From: Oculina patagonica
Taxonomy: Eukaryota
Direction: 5' to 3'
Length of the DNA: 64,000 nucleotides
Assembly (NCBI RefSeq): GCF_052425735.1
Contig: NC_135771.1
Span: 3,658,001-3,722,000, forward strand
In this document: one piece after another, positions 36,870-49,600 of the stretch
How the letters are laid out: each line of letters opens with the position of its first letter
Numbering within the stretch: the stretch's first letter is position 1
Notes under the pieces: generated by a model
Seen by the model: only the letters and a program-made list of their open reading frames with translations
Told to the model about the DNA's origin: nothing
The model's database searches: none
Program-made: the position numbers and the translations under genes

Positions 36870-39200
36870 TGACAACTTTGTATAGGCAATCAAATGGGAA
36901 CATTGACCAAAACTCTCAGTTTGCCCAAGAGTCTAATAACTTAGGCAATTTGGCAATGATTTTGCTTTACTTATTCTCATATTTTCTCTGTAAAATTTAC
37001 TTAAGTAGCTTACCATTTGGCCATAATGCTACTTTATTTATTTAGCACCACTTGTTTGGAATTTGTCCATGTTTTTTCTTTTAGAATAGCTACATACAAA
37101 GGACATTCTGATATTGAATGCCAGAGTAAAAATATTTGTTTATTTGAAAATATAACTTATAAATTAACAAATTAACATGCATCCTAACAGTGGAAAGTAA
37201 CAACTGCAAATAAATGTTATATAATGTAGTTTAGCTATAATTACATAAGAATAATTTATTAATGCATTTTCAGAAAGTGAACAACAAAATTAGATGACCA
37301 AATAATTAAATAAAGGTGGTGGTCCTGGTGTTAGCTGTCTTTGCTCTTTTCCGCGTTTTTTTTTTTTTTTTTTGGTTTTTTTTAAATACGCAGCTTAAAG
37401 AAATGGAAATTTTTCACCTTTATATCTCTCCAGTCTATTAAACATCAATTTTTACATGTGATACTACCAGGAGCCCATCGGCTCCTGATACTACATACTG
37501 GTAAATCTATCAATGCTACCTCATATCATTGTGAGGCAAGGCTAGGTCAGCATTGACATGTCTGGGTTTAAGCCCTCAAGTCAGGGTCATTAAATTGTGT
37601 TCTTTTCAAGACATGTAATAGCCTCAATTCCCCAGCAGTATAAATTAGTACCAGCAAACTGTAAGTAAAAAATACTTGGGGTGGAGACAGGGTTTAAACC
37701 TGCTGTTGGATGGACTTATATTCCAATCTCGGGGGTAGGGCACATATACTCTTAAAGTCACTTCATGTTTTGGAAAGAGGAGATGTCCTGAGAGTGTGGC
37801 CACTTTAGCCCAAGTGCAGACTGCCAATAACTTACAACACATCATTACCATTGTTAACAGATTCGCCAACTGGCACTTAAACAGGGAGAGAGGGTCATAT
37901 AACTGCGAGTTAGGGTGGGGTGGTTCTCTCAGGCCACACTTTAAATCCTAACCTAAACCACACTTCCCTGACCTGACCATTTTTTGACATTTATAAGTTC
38001 ACTTTCATATCCTCCTATAATGATTAAAATGGAACTATAAACAATAATGACAAGGATAGAACTGTTAAGTTACTGTAAGTATTTTGAATATTACTCAAAT
38101 TATCTTTTTTGTGTGAAACCCAAATTTTCCAACATTAAATGTGTTACACGCCGTCTAAACTTCTCTTTCCAGCCCTATCCCCCACCCGGGGGCAAGAAAC
38201 TAAGAGGTCTAACCCCCTCACCTGGTGGGGGGGCGTATAACAGCGCTTCTGTTCTGGACAAGTACTTTACATAAATTAAAAGAGTTCAAAAATTATGTCA
38301 CAGTTTCATATCAAGTGCCCCTGTCGATTAAAAATGTTCGACAGCTTAAGTTTAAACTAGAGGCGTTAGATGGTTATCCAGGGTTAATCCGTTACATAAG
38401 CTTACTCTTCATCGTGCCTCGGGATTTCTGTGCTCAAACTTGTTTTTGTACTTTTTGACCTTTTTCTTTCCTGCTTTTCTGGCCGTCGCTTCATGCACAC
38501 TAAGCTTATCTGTTTTAACATCAACCACAGATTTTTAGGAGACTCTTACAGCGGAAAATTTTTGCTTTTTGCAACAGGAACTTCGTGAAATGCTCCCTGT
38601 TCTTCCTATGCTCCCACACGGAACTCTTTAGAGATTATTCTCTGAGCTACGACCAAGAAATTGTGTTCGTTCAGCTAAAAAGAGAGGAATCGATACAACT
38701 TTAGTCCGCGATTTTGTCCGCCATATTGTTGAAAAGAAAACCAGCCGCCAGATCCCCGCGGTCCCCCCTGCGTAAGATCACGTGAATACCTCGGAACACG
38801 TCATTGGCTCACGCCATTCTGGCGTCAACTTTGAAAAAAAATTCGGAAAATAAACAAATCAATGAGTAAATCAATGAGGAAAAAAGATTACTGAAGTGAG
38901 TTTATTAACTTCATTATCTTTCTTACTTCAAGGGTTACAGTTCTTCACAAATAGGTAAGTAAAGATTATTTAAGTTTCCCTCATTTTTATAAGCCCTTTT
39001 TTCACCTCTGGCTCCTCGACCTCAAAGAGCTCAGTGAATTTTTTCAACTCTGCAAGGACTGTAAGCTAAACCCTTAATACTTCTTGGAATAGTCATCATG
39101 TTTCAACTATTAGTACGAGTGTAAGAACATCTATACATAATTTCATCCAGGTTTCTAACTACTGTCTATATATTTTTCTTTATTTTTATTTGTTCAGTTG
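36870..39200 (+). repeat. Local segmental duplication, copy B (upstream of fucosyltransferase-like paralogue 2)
   Basis: Collinear with 29060-31790. Confidence 0.85.
38718..38835 (+). promoter_or_regulatory. Conserved promoter block, copy B; likely promoter of the 39872 gene
   Basis: TCACGTGA 38778-38785, ACACGTCA, ATTGGCTCACG. Downstream donors at ~38896, ~38955 and ~39061, and an acceptor at 39867. Confidence 0.65.
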
Positions 39201-39685
39201 TTGTCAGCTCAGTTTACTTTCTTAATTCACAAGTGAATTATTAAACTGGCAAAACCTCATTCCAGATTATAAAAGTGGGAAATATGTAGGAAAATTAAAA
39301 GTAATTTCCAAATTCCAATGTGAAAAATATTAAAAAATAAACATGACAGCCACTTTGTACAGCATAATAAACACATCATCATATGAAAGTAGTTTTCAAT
39401 AGCATTAATTTGAAGTTACACACCAGGGTTTTAAAGTTAAAAGTTAATTTGGCAACATTTTAAAGTCAGATGGATGGTGGTTTCTTAGATTTAAAAGACC
39501 TTAAAAGGCAGGTTAACTAAGATGACCCTCCTAAAGCAATGGGCTCCTGCCTAAAGATAAATTTCAAAAAGTCAGATAATTTCCCTCCTCAATCAAGATA
39601 TCATCTCCCTAAGTGTTGTCCATGTTTGCCAGTTAGTAAATTTGTTGTCCATAAATTATGGACAATATACAGAGAAGGGGGGGGG

Positions 39686-39730
<45 letters not shown>

Positions 39731-39871
39731 TGTAGTGAAATTTTGAAGTTGGCATAACTCATTGAGAAACAATAAACAAGGGTGGGTGTGGGGGGGGGGG
39801 GGCACCCCCCCCCCCCCCCCTTCCATTATAATGTATTGCAATTTACCATAAAAATTCTCTCTCACAGGTAT

Positions 39872-41395
39872 ATGTGGTTCATTCGAAAGGGAAGATCACT
39901 GGCATCACAGTGCAGCATATGGATTGGTTTCAAGATCTGCACAGCTTTCAGCATTTTCCTCTTGTATCATGTTCTACTCACAGCATTGCTACCCCTGAAA
40001 ATCATGCGCAGTACCCACAGTGAAAGCCACCCAGCATTTGCAAGCTGGGCGCCAAACATTACTACAATAAAAGTACCAATTGGTAATGTCAGCATTTTAG
40101 GCAGCACTTCCCCGCCCGTGGTAAAAACTAGCCTCAGGTTTCTCTTTGTTTTGCACCATTATGAACAACTGTCAAAGACCACAGAAAACTTCCTTCAACT
40201 TGCTGCTGTAGCCAAACAAATTGGTCGTGTGATTGTGGAACCTTTTGTTCGAGATTCCAGAATGTGCGGTTTACCTTATGGCTGGTCAGGACAAGTGCGA
40301 AATGAAAGTCAAAGATTTCATCCGCTGTCAGTTTACTTTGATGTCAAGTATATGAACAATTTGCTCAAGAGATATCACTATGCACAGATGGTAAAACTGG
40401 AAACTTTTAAACATGAATGTCGATCAAGTGTGGCAAACACTACATTGTTACACTTCATGTACAATGATCAGGCAAAGGAAGAAATGAAAAAGTGGTACAA
40501 AATATCTACAGCTGCATATCAAAACATCGAGACAGCCATAAAAAAGCATGGCTGGTGCAAATGCAATTTTATTGACCATGGTCTCGGTTTTTCTAAAAGA
40601 ATTGGTGACCTTAAAGCAGGGAGGCAAATTTGCATTGATGCCAGGAAAATAAAGAGCCTTCAAGGTTTTCAAACTGAAATTCTTAAACAAGACAAATGTA
40701 CCGCTATCATTCATTGGCGAGGACTTGGCAAGAACAGAAGTCAGTTCAAACCGGAAGTTAATACTGACAGTCATAAACTGGTACATTTGTTAAGGGCAGG
40801 TAAACTTGTTCTTGATCAAGCTAAAAGGATTGCAGATTCAATTGGCCAGGAGTACATTTCTATCCACGTTCGTTCTGAAAGACAAATTCAGTGGTACAGT
40901 GTTGAAAGGCTCACACAATGTCTTGAAGCTCTGGTGGAAAAAGTTGCAACACTCAAGCAAAAGCACAAAATCAACAAAGTCTTCCTGTCATCAGATTTTA
41001 CTCAATTTGGCTCAGACACATTGCATTCATTTACAGCAAGAAACAGTACCATTACCAACAAAATAAAACAGATCCAGAGGTTTTTATCCCAAACTTTGAA
41101 AGCCACAACATACAAGCCAAGAAAGGACAATCCATTGCTAACAGACAGTGGTGTTGTTGCGCTTACGGAAATGAATGTTCTTATAGGGGGGTCACACCTA
41201 GTGACCGTTGGCTCTGGGACATTCCAAGAATGGATTGTTGATGCATTTGTTGAAAGCAAATCGATGACTAAGAAGCAGAACTACTGGACAATCACAAGAA
41301 TTTGTCACAAAGAATACAAGATAAATAATTACAAACCTACAACTATAGAACAGAGTTCAGTAGGTTACAGTTCTCATGCAGGGTTAACTAGCTAG
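39872..41395 (+). CDS. O-fucosyltransferase-like glycosyltransferase, paralogue 2
   Basis: Acceptor CTCACAG at 39867. MWFIRKGRSLASQC aligns with the paralogue 1 N-terminus. YISIHVRSE, VFLSSD and GSGTFQEWI are present. Confidence 0.75.
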   Translation: MWFIRKGRSLASQCSIWIGFKICTAFSIFLLYHVLLTALLPLKIMRSTHSESHPAFASWAPNITTIKVPIGNVSILGSTSPPVVKTSLRFLFVLHHYEQLSKTTENFLQLAAVAKQIGRVIVEPFVRDSRMCGLPYGWSGQVRNESQRFHPLSVYFDVKYMNNLLKRYHYAQMVKLETFKHECRSSVANTTLLHFMYNDQAKEEMKKWYKISTAAYQNIETAIKKHGWCKCNFIDHGLGFSKRIGDLKAGRQICIDARKIKSLQGFQTEILKQDKCTAIIHWRGLGKNRSQFKPEVNTDSHKLVHLLRAGKLVLDQAKRIADSIGQEYISIHVRSERQIQWYSVERLTQCLEALVEKVATLKQKHKINKVFLSSDFTQFGSDTLHSFTARNSTITNKIKQIQRFLSQTLKATTYKPRKDNPLLTDSGVVALTEMNVLIGGSHLVTVGSGTFQEWIVDAFVESKSMTKKQNYWTITRICHKEYKINNYKPTTIEQSSVGYSSHAGLTS

Positions 41396-43643
41396 GTGGT
41401 GTCCAGGTGGGAACTCTACCATGTAAAATTGACGGGTGCACATCTGAAATTTTGTTTAAAAAAAATAACAACTTCTCAATTTTTTTTTTTTCCCTAAGGG
41501 TCTAGGGTCCCATTTCTAAAGCGAGAGAGGCACTATTAGATTTATTAACCCCCCTAAGTGGTACCAATCAACGAATGTTACCCCCTAAAACATGCCTTGA
41601 GTTTCCCCCCTCCCTTGTTTTTACATGGTAGGCACTGCCAGGTTTTCTTTAGTATCTTGCAAGCAGAGTCTCCTACTCTTCGATACACATTAAAAAGGGG
41701 ACTCTGCATTAAAAAATAAAAAGTAAATGCTCTTTGAGGGTCCTGAAGAGGGGGGGGGGAGGTATAAATCCCATTTCCCAGCCTATCGTTTTCTCGATTT
41801 TACAAATCACAGTCCCAGTTCTATGGTTTGTTTGTTTGTTTGTGATTCCCCGTCTCAGCGACCCTTATTTCCATTTTCTCAGTGAAAATTTGCCCAAATC
41901 CCAGTTCCCATAATTTATCCTTTCAGGCCCCTCCATGATCTGTCTGCCAGCAAGGACAGTTGAGTAGCAGCAGACAAAAAGACTCTTTGTATGGAAAAGT
42001 AAAATGTAAATGCTCTGTGAGGGTACTGAAGGGGGAAAGGGAATAAATACCATTTCCCAGTCCAAATTTTGCCCAAACCCCATTTCCCAGCCTATTTTTT
42101 GCTCAAATCCCATTTAACTACAAACGGTTGCGCCCAACCGGTATCTGGGAGGCCATGGGTTTGATTCCCGTTGGGGACTCAGAATTTTCTTTGTCCCATG
42201 TTCGTGTCAAGTAGAACATCTAATCTTTATTAAACTGTTATTGTTTTACTGATTTTCCAAATCCCAGTCCCAGTTCTATTGTTTGTTTGTGATTTCCAGT
42301 CCCAGTGATAAATAGGGGTGTGTGTTGGGTTTGGTTTTTCTTTTTTGGTTTAATTCCCCCCCCCCCCCAAATCCCATTTTCCCAGCAAAAATTTTGCCAA
42401 ATCCCAGATCCCATTTTACTCCTTCAGGACCCTCCTTTGCTGCCAGCAAGGAAAGTTGAGTAGCACAGGGTCATAGGCAGGTGGGGTACGATGGGTGTGT
42501 CTGCATCCACCCAAAGGCCACAAAGGTCCCCCTAATTGGGAAGTGAGGATTAAAATGACATCAGAATACAGGTTATGTGGACTAAAACAACTTGTTTTTT
42601 CAAAATTTCCCAGGGAAGGATACCCCCAGGACTCCCCGAGATACTCACGCCTCTGGCGCTTGCACCCACCCATGCACCAGTCTGGAAAACATGTATGTTA
42701 CGCCGAAGATCTTCGGCAGGACGATAATTACGCCAATTTTGGCGATTTCATAGGGATTGGCGTAAACCGGCGTATCAAATACGAACTTTCCAGTATGGCC
42801 CATGCAGGATCCTGTCTACAGCCCTGTAGCAGCACACAACAACCTTTTGTTTAGCAACTAAAAATTTACAATGTTATTGTTGTTGCAGTTTGCTTAAAAA
42901 GCATGTTTTTTTCCTAGTTTGGTTTATGTTTAGAATTGTATTGCATTTTACATAAGCTTATGTGTACATGCATAGTTACTAACAATGCTGCATGTGAATA
43001 ATTAAATTATTATGCATACCATACATATGACTTTTGTTACTAATCGTTGTAACAGTATAAAACATGGAGCTGAGGTGAAAGGCAATAATTTTTCAGTGTC
43101 GTTTTGAAAACTGAAAGACAGCCTGCGTGGTATTAAGTTGTTGTCCTTATAAAAGTCGACCTTGGATGATTTGAATTCCCTAATTTTGCTGTGGTCCATG
43201 TAGAATAGTTAAAATAGATCTACTGGTTAAGAAATGATAAATTAAATACCCACTTTAGAGGAAATTTGGAAATAAAACCGCAGCAAAACCTTCCACATGT
43301 ATTAAACTTGTAGTTATGCAAAACTCGTATGAGCAGTGGGAAGACTGGGTACAAGTCTAAAGTATTAGTCGCGAAGAGCTTGAGAACTAGTCTCAAAAGA
43401 CGAAAAATGGCGGCATTTTATCGGTAAGTGTATTTGCATAAGAATGGAAAAATATCCAAATATTGTCCTACATTTGCATATTCGTGTTTAACTAGATGTC
43501 TGGGATGAATTAAAAACGTCGATTTAAAGTACTGCAGAAAAAGAAAGATTACGATACAATCGTTTGTGCGTCACGATACAAATTTGTTCATTTCCTTGCA
43601 TTTTTCAACCTGATTTTTGTTTCAGTGCATCTAGAAGATTGAA

Positions 43644-46600
43644 ATGGCAAATCGTCAAATCCGATGGCATTTAATCATGGATATTATTTGTCTTGTCGTA
43701 CTTGGGATTGCGGACATGTTATTCCACGTAATCCCAATAAAACCATCTCACAGAGGATTTTTCTGTGACGACACAAGCTTGCAAAAACCATTTCAGAAAG
43801 AAACTGTTTCAACTTGGCTCACACTTATTGTTGGTTTCTTTGCGTCGATTGCCGTGGTAAGTCTGAAGTTTATTTAACAAGATCTCCGTTCAATTGCTTT
43901 TTTTATTTGCGTAGTGGACAGGGTTTACTTAACCCGTGAAACAAGATATACTGCTAATAGTCGTTTAAATCCGCTTACAAACAAACGTCTTTCAACAAAC
44001 GATTACTCTCAGGAAGCGATTAAGCTCAAGTGTATTTAAAGTCTGAGAAAACTTTCCCGATGAAAAAAATCACTGCGAGTTATTGGCGTTGATGTCTTCT
44101 TGTGTATATTGTTCAGAAACAAACCATCAAACTCTTAAATATAGCTGTGCTTTTACAGTAAACTTAAGATTAAGCTTAGTTTGTACAGGTAACTGTGTTT
44201 AAATGCAGCTGAAAAGTTTGTCGCTGATTTCAGTCAAATGAACATCATGTGTTCTTTGTTTAAGAAGACAATGATTTTTTAATTGAACAATAGACGTTCA
44301 GGGGTTCTTTTGTTGTGCCAACTCGCAGCTGCTGTCCCACCTTCCTCAACTTCTTTTCCCTTCTAAATAGATATGTATACCCCCACGCTTTTGAAAGTTG
44401 AATACTTTGTAGCACCCAGGGTTTTTGAAGAGCTAGGGTTGAGAATTTTAGGTAATTTCGTTTGTTTATGTAATTATCAGCTCTAAACTTCAAATCACAA
44501 AGCAACATTCCTTTATTGGTAAAATTACATACTACTTATTAACCGAGAGTGAGGTCATTACAGGGGAATCTCAGACCGAGGCCTTGATGTATTGACCGAG
44601 CGACAGCGAGGTCAATACATCAAGGCCGAGGTCTGAGATTCCCCTGTAATGACCGAACGGACGAGGTTAATAAGTTATTTATTATATGGCGTTTAAGCAC
44701 TATTCAAAAAGAGTATAATCAAGGGAAAAACACTGGAGGTAAAACTCGCTCTCTTGTGGCTCTCTTCGTCGCTCATACTAAAGAAGTATCAGTATGCTTA
44801 TATTTTTCTTTCAGTTATTGAAAAGATAGTTATATTTTGTCGGCATTTTTTGTTGTTTTTGCCCCCTTGCTAGTAGCTTTTACTCACAACTCAAAAAAAC
44901 GTCGAGCCGAGAAAAATTTTCATAATGCCCGGTCATTACAAGAAAATAATGCCCGCTCAGCAGCCAATCAGAGCGCGCGTACTATGGTAGCCATATAATA
45001 AAGCCACATAACAAACCATAATGCAGTCTGTTTTAGTCTTCTCCAATTTTGCCCATCCAAACCCAGTTTTGGCTTTTCTGTGTTTCTTTTGAGTTCTTCT
45101 ACAGTTTTAAGCAGTTATTATGATATTTTAGATAATTCTATGACCAGTTGGCCAGTGCTGAAACTATTAAAAAAATTATGTAGCTTTGCCCTGGCATTAT
45201 ATCAAAATTAATATTTTAATTTTTCAGTATGTAACTGAGAGAATGACACTACATGGAGGCCCTGCCAGGGTAAATTTCAACAAGCCACATGGCCCAAAAA
45301 GTAGCGACAGCACATGAAATAAAATCGCGACAAAAGACAATCCTTTTGGAAAAACAAACTCCCACAAGAACACTTAATTTTCCTTCAATTTTACTACCGA
45401 CAGTGACGCAAAGTTTGATAAAACAGCGACACAGCGTATTTTTAAATTTAGACAAGCGACACGGGACACTCCCCCCCCCCCCTGGCAGGGCCTCTGCATG
45501 GCAAAGTTCCTTTATCAAAGTTTCTTTTATTTGACAGATCATGGGTGATCAGTTGAGCAATCAATTGTTCAGTTATCCATCCATCCACCCATCCATCCTT
45601 TCTTTCTTTCATTCATTCATTATTTCATTCATTTATTTATCAGATTATCATGTGTGAAGCAGTGAACTCTAGATCCAAGAAAAGGAAACCACAAATTGAA
45701 CTTAGCAAAATCAGCATCAAATGTGGGCCATTAAAATGGAATCCTTCACCATGGCAGAGAAGGTAATAGCTCTTACATGTATAAGTATGCCCTCAATATT
45801 ATCTTATAACCTAAACATGCCAAAGCTTTATAACATGTTTATTTTAAAGGCCAGGGCTGCAAATAATTTTTTTCACTTGAAAAATCATTAGTCCTGCTAA
45901 GACCCCAGGGGGGTACTCCGTCTTATTAATGACAGGGATGATCGAAGGATTTTTTTGGGTTTGAAATTTTCATTTCTGGGATTTTTTTGGGTTGGAAAAT
46001 TTGGCAAGTATTTTTTTGGGTATCTTGATTTAGCTAGGGGATTTTTTTGGGTATTAAAAACGAACTTAAGTGCCTTGGCGCGGCCTTGGCGCAGCCTTAG
46101 GGGTCATGAATGGTCCCTCAAAATCTTGCAGTGCTCGCAATGCTCGCAAAATTTTAGTGGGTGCTCGTTTGCTCGTGCTCGCACATTTTTACAAGTGCTC
46201 GCATGCTCGTTTTTCAGTGGTGTAACTTTTTGAAAAGTGCTCGCTGCTCGCAAGGCAAACTTTTGTCAGTGCTCGTGCTCGCAAAGAAAAACGCTTTGCA
46301 CGCATGCTCACAAATGCTCGCAAAGACCATTTGATACCCCTAGCCTTGGCAGATTTATGGTATGATGAATAAACAAAACAAGCGTTCTTTGTGTTATGTT
46401 ATTGGACCTCCTGGCAATTTAGGGGTAATTTGACAGGGGATTTTTGGGGGGGTTATTTTTGGTTCAGGGATTTTTTTGGGTAAATTATGTCGGAAGACTT
46501 AGGGATTTTATTGGGTCCTAAATTTTGCCTTCATTCGATCATCCCCGTCATTTACAGGCCGGAGTACCCCCCTGGGGCTAAGACACCATCTTGGTCAGAC

Positions 46601-49600
46601 AAAACAAAATTGTGGTCGGACAGATTTTTATTCTTTGTTGCCATAAAATGATTTACGATCAAAAAATTGTCTGGACATCACGTCCGACCACACTTGGGAT
46701 TTCGTCGGACATGAGCACATTTTGGTCGGCCAATTTCTGATGACCGACTGTTATTTGCAGGCCTGAAGGCTGTAAATAATTAAGCAGAATTGTCATAGGT
46801 CAGAGAAAAAATTCAAAGGCCGGCCTGCCAGGGAATTTAGTATCTGGTCATGTTAATTCTAATTATTTTATTATCTTGTGAAGTTTTCAAAGTAAAAAAA
46901 ATTCAGGAATTCTGTTTCAAGGTTTCATGTTTAACTGTGGTTACTAAATTAAAATACTATTTGTTATTTTCTGCAAAAGATTTAGTAAAGCAAATTAAAA
47001 GATGTAAATTGGCAATTTTTTTTAAAAAAAATATTCATTTTATTTTTGGCAAATACATGTTTTATTTACATATGTATATTCAGGCTTATTTTGTTAGTGA
47101 AAATTATAATATAATAACATTTATAGTCAAAGAAAAGTCAGGGGGGTTTTGTTTTCTTTGTTTATCCTTAAGTTAATTATCTATTATTATAAGAAATTCA
47201 TATTGAAAGGAGAACTAATAATAATAATAAATTAAAATGATAAATTATGAATCATAATAATAATTCATAAGACATACTTATTTTGTGCTGATTCCATAAA
47301 AAATAATCAACTTATAGCACATTACATAAAGTAAAAATAAAACAAAATTTGAATAAAAGGTAACAAAATGAGAAAATTAAAAAAACTACCTCACTAAAAT
47401 AAGAACTCATGCTGTATACTGTTTATTTTTCAGAACTATTTTCCTTATTTTCATGTTTGGTTTTGGTGCACTCATTACAAACCTTTTTACCGACATGGGT
47501 AAAGCAACTGTGGGAAGGCTGCGACCATACTTCATTGCAATCTGCAAACCCAATAAAACCCTACTGAACTGCAGTCAGGGCTATATCACTGAGGACATCT
47601 GTACTGGAGATCCTAAAGATGTTTTAGAGGCAAGGTCAGTAACTTATATAGTCAAATAGGTATGTACAGTTTGCATTCAAGCGTAGTGGCCCATCAGGCT
47701 GGAGCTTATCCTAGTTTCGGTAGCATGAAGCAACTAGGAGTATCTACATCTCCCGGGATGGGATCCTAGTCCATTGCAGGGTTCACCCCCCCCCCCACCC
47801 CCCAGCATAAATTCGCCAGTACCCATTTATACACCAGGGTGGAGAAAGCCACTGTGAGAGCAAAGTGTCGACTTGCCCAAGAACACAACACAGTGACCCA
47901 GCCAGGTCTTGAACCCGGGCCATTTGATCTGGAAACCAGTGCACTAACCATTAGGCCACCGCCCCATCCATATAAACAAATAAACAAACAATAGTGCAAA
48001 ACAACTGCTAGTGATATGTCTCTTCCCTGTGTGTTCTCCAGAATTAAATTTGCCAGGTACCCATGCCATTTATACAGTTGGGTGAAGGGAGTTACTGTAA
48101 AAGTGAAGTGTCTTGCCCAAGTCCACAGTGCAATGACTGCAGCCAGGGCTTGAACCTAGACTGCAAGATCTAAAGTCCAGGGCCGGGTTGTTCGAAAGCC
48201 GATTAACACTAACCCAGGATTAAAAGTTTATCGAGGGTTCAATTTCTCGTGGATAAAAGTGTTTTTATTGCTTATGTTTTGTGGAGCTTGAGATTAGTCG
48301 ATGTCAAAAATGGAGGACAGAAAATATAAAGAGAAAACCTCAATGAGAAGTTAAAAAACTGAAATCAAACTTCACACTAATCCTGGATTAGCTTAATCGT
48401 GCTTTGAACAACCCGGCCCAGCACGTTAACCATTAGGGTAATGAGCCTACTATCTGAAAATGAAGCTGCCCAACTTTTTTTCGCCTCTAAAAAATCACAT
48501 AGCCTGGTTGAGGTAACTGAAATTTTATTTAAATATGTGGCAATCGCATCAAGTCTTCATTGAACAGTGACCCTTCCATTTAAACTGAAATAAGTCCCTG
48601 CCTTGCCTCGCTTTCTACTAAAGCCCCCTTAAATATATGGACAAAAAACACAGCTAAAGACCTGGAGATTTAATATTGTGCTAGTTGTTTTACCCTTAGG
48701 CTATGGACATGCATTGTTGTATTAAATTGGCAGTTTGTAATGTGTGATTTGTTTACATTTTAGGTACTCTTTCCCATCAGCCCATGCCTCATTTTCAGCT
48801 TATTCCATGGTGTTTCTAACAGTAAGTATTCAGTTTTTCCTAAGCCTGAGGGCCCAACATTCTCATTTAAATTTCTTCAATATTTTAAGAACCAGTCCTC
48901 AAATTCTGATATTTTAAGACCTAAAGCAATTTGTGGACTCTGGGACAAACTCTTCTAAATTTTCTTTGTTTTTCTAATTTAAAATTTACCAAGTAAACCA
49001 TGTAAAAAATCCCTTGCAAAAAATTGAGCAGATAGAAGTAAAAACTCACGAATACAGTGAGCTAAATTTGAATGTGAATTCCATCCCATTGCATCTTGCA
49101 AATAAAAGCTAGAAAATGCATTTTTTCCATTGTTTGATGATTCAATTTATGAGCATCTTAGGAGGTCCTTTCTCTTCAGAGACCAGCTGCTATTTTTTGT
49201 TTATTATTTGAGCCACCCTCTCTATTAAACTCCCCCCTCCTAACCCTTGAAAGGTCCTTAAAAGAAATAAGCCCTTGGGGGCTTTATGGAGCTATTACAC
49301 TGTATTTCATTTGGGATATAGAATGATTTGTCAGTGAATGCTCCGTTGTATTGTTTTACTTTCAGCTATATCTAGAATCTTCAATGCCGACAAAACGAAG
49401 CAACTTGGTTAAACCATTTTTTCAAGTGGGTTTCCTGTGCTTGGGGCTTCTCTGTGCATTGTCTCGGATATTTGATTACTGGCATCACTGGGGAGATGTG
49501 TTGGTTGGCCTGTTCCTCGGTACCATGGTGGCTTTCTTCATTGTAAGTGAATCATACCTTGTACATGTAGTTCATAATGTATTTGTTGTGTTTGCTTTGC

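Noticed and set aside
39677-39822. Long G and C homopolymers as a regulatory G-quadruplex
   Set aside because: G/C runs are common in the MITE termini throughout this window and their lengths are unreliable in assemblies.
39782-39871. N-terminal extension MGVGGGGHPPPP of the 537-aa ORF (also 17064-17159 and 21498-21539)
   Set aside because: These extensions start upstream of splice acceptors and run through intron or 5' UTR sequence. Paralogue alignment supports the downstream ATGs.
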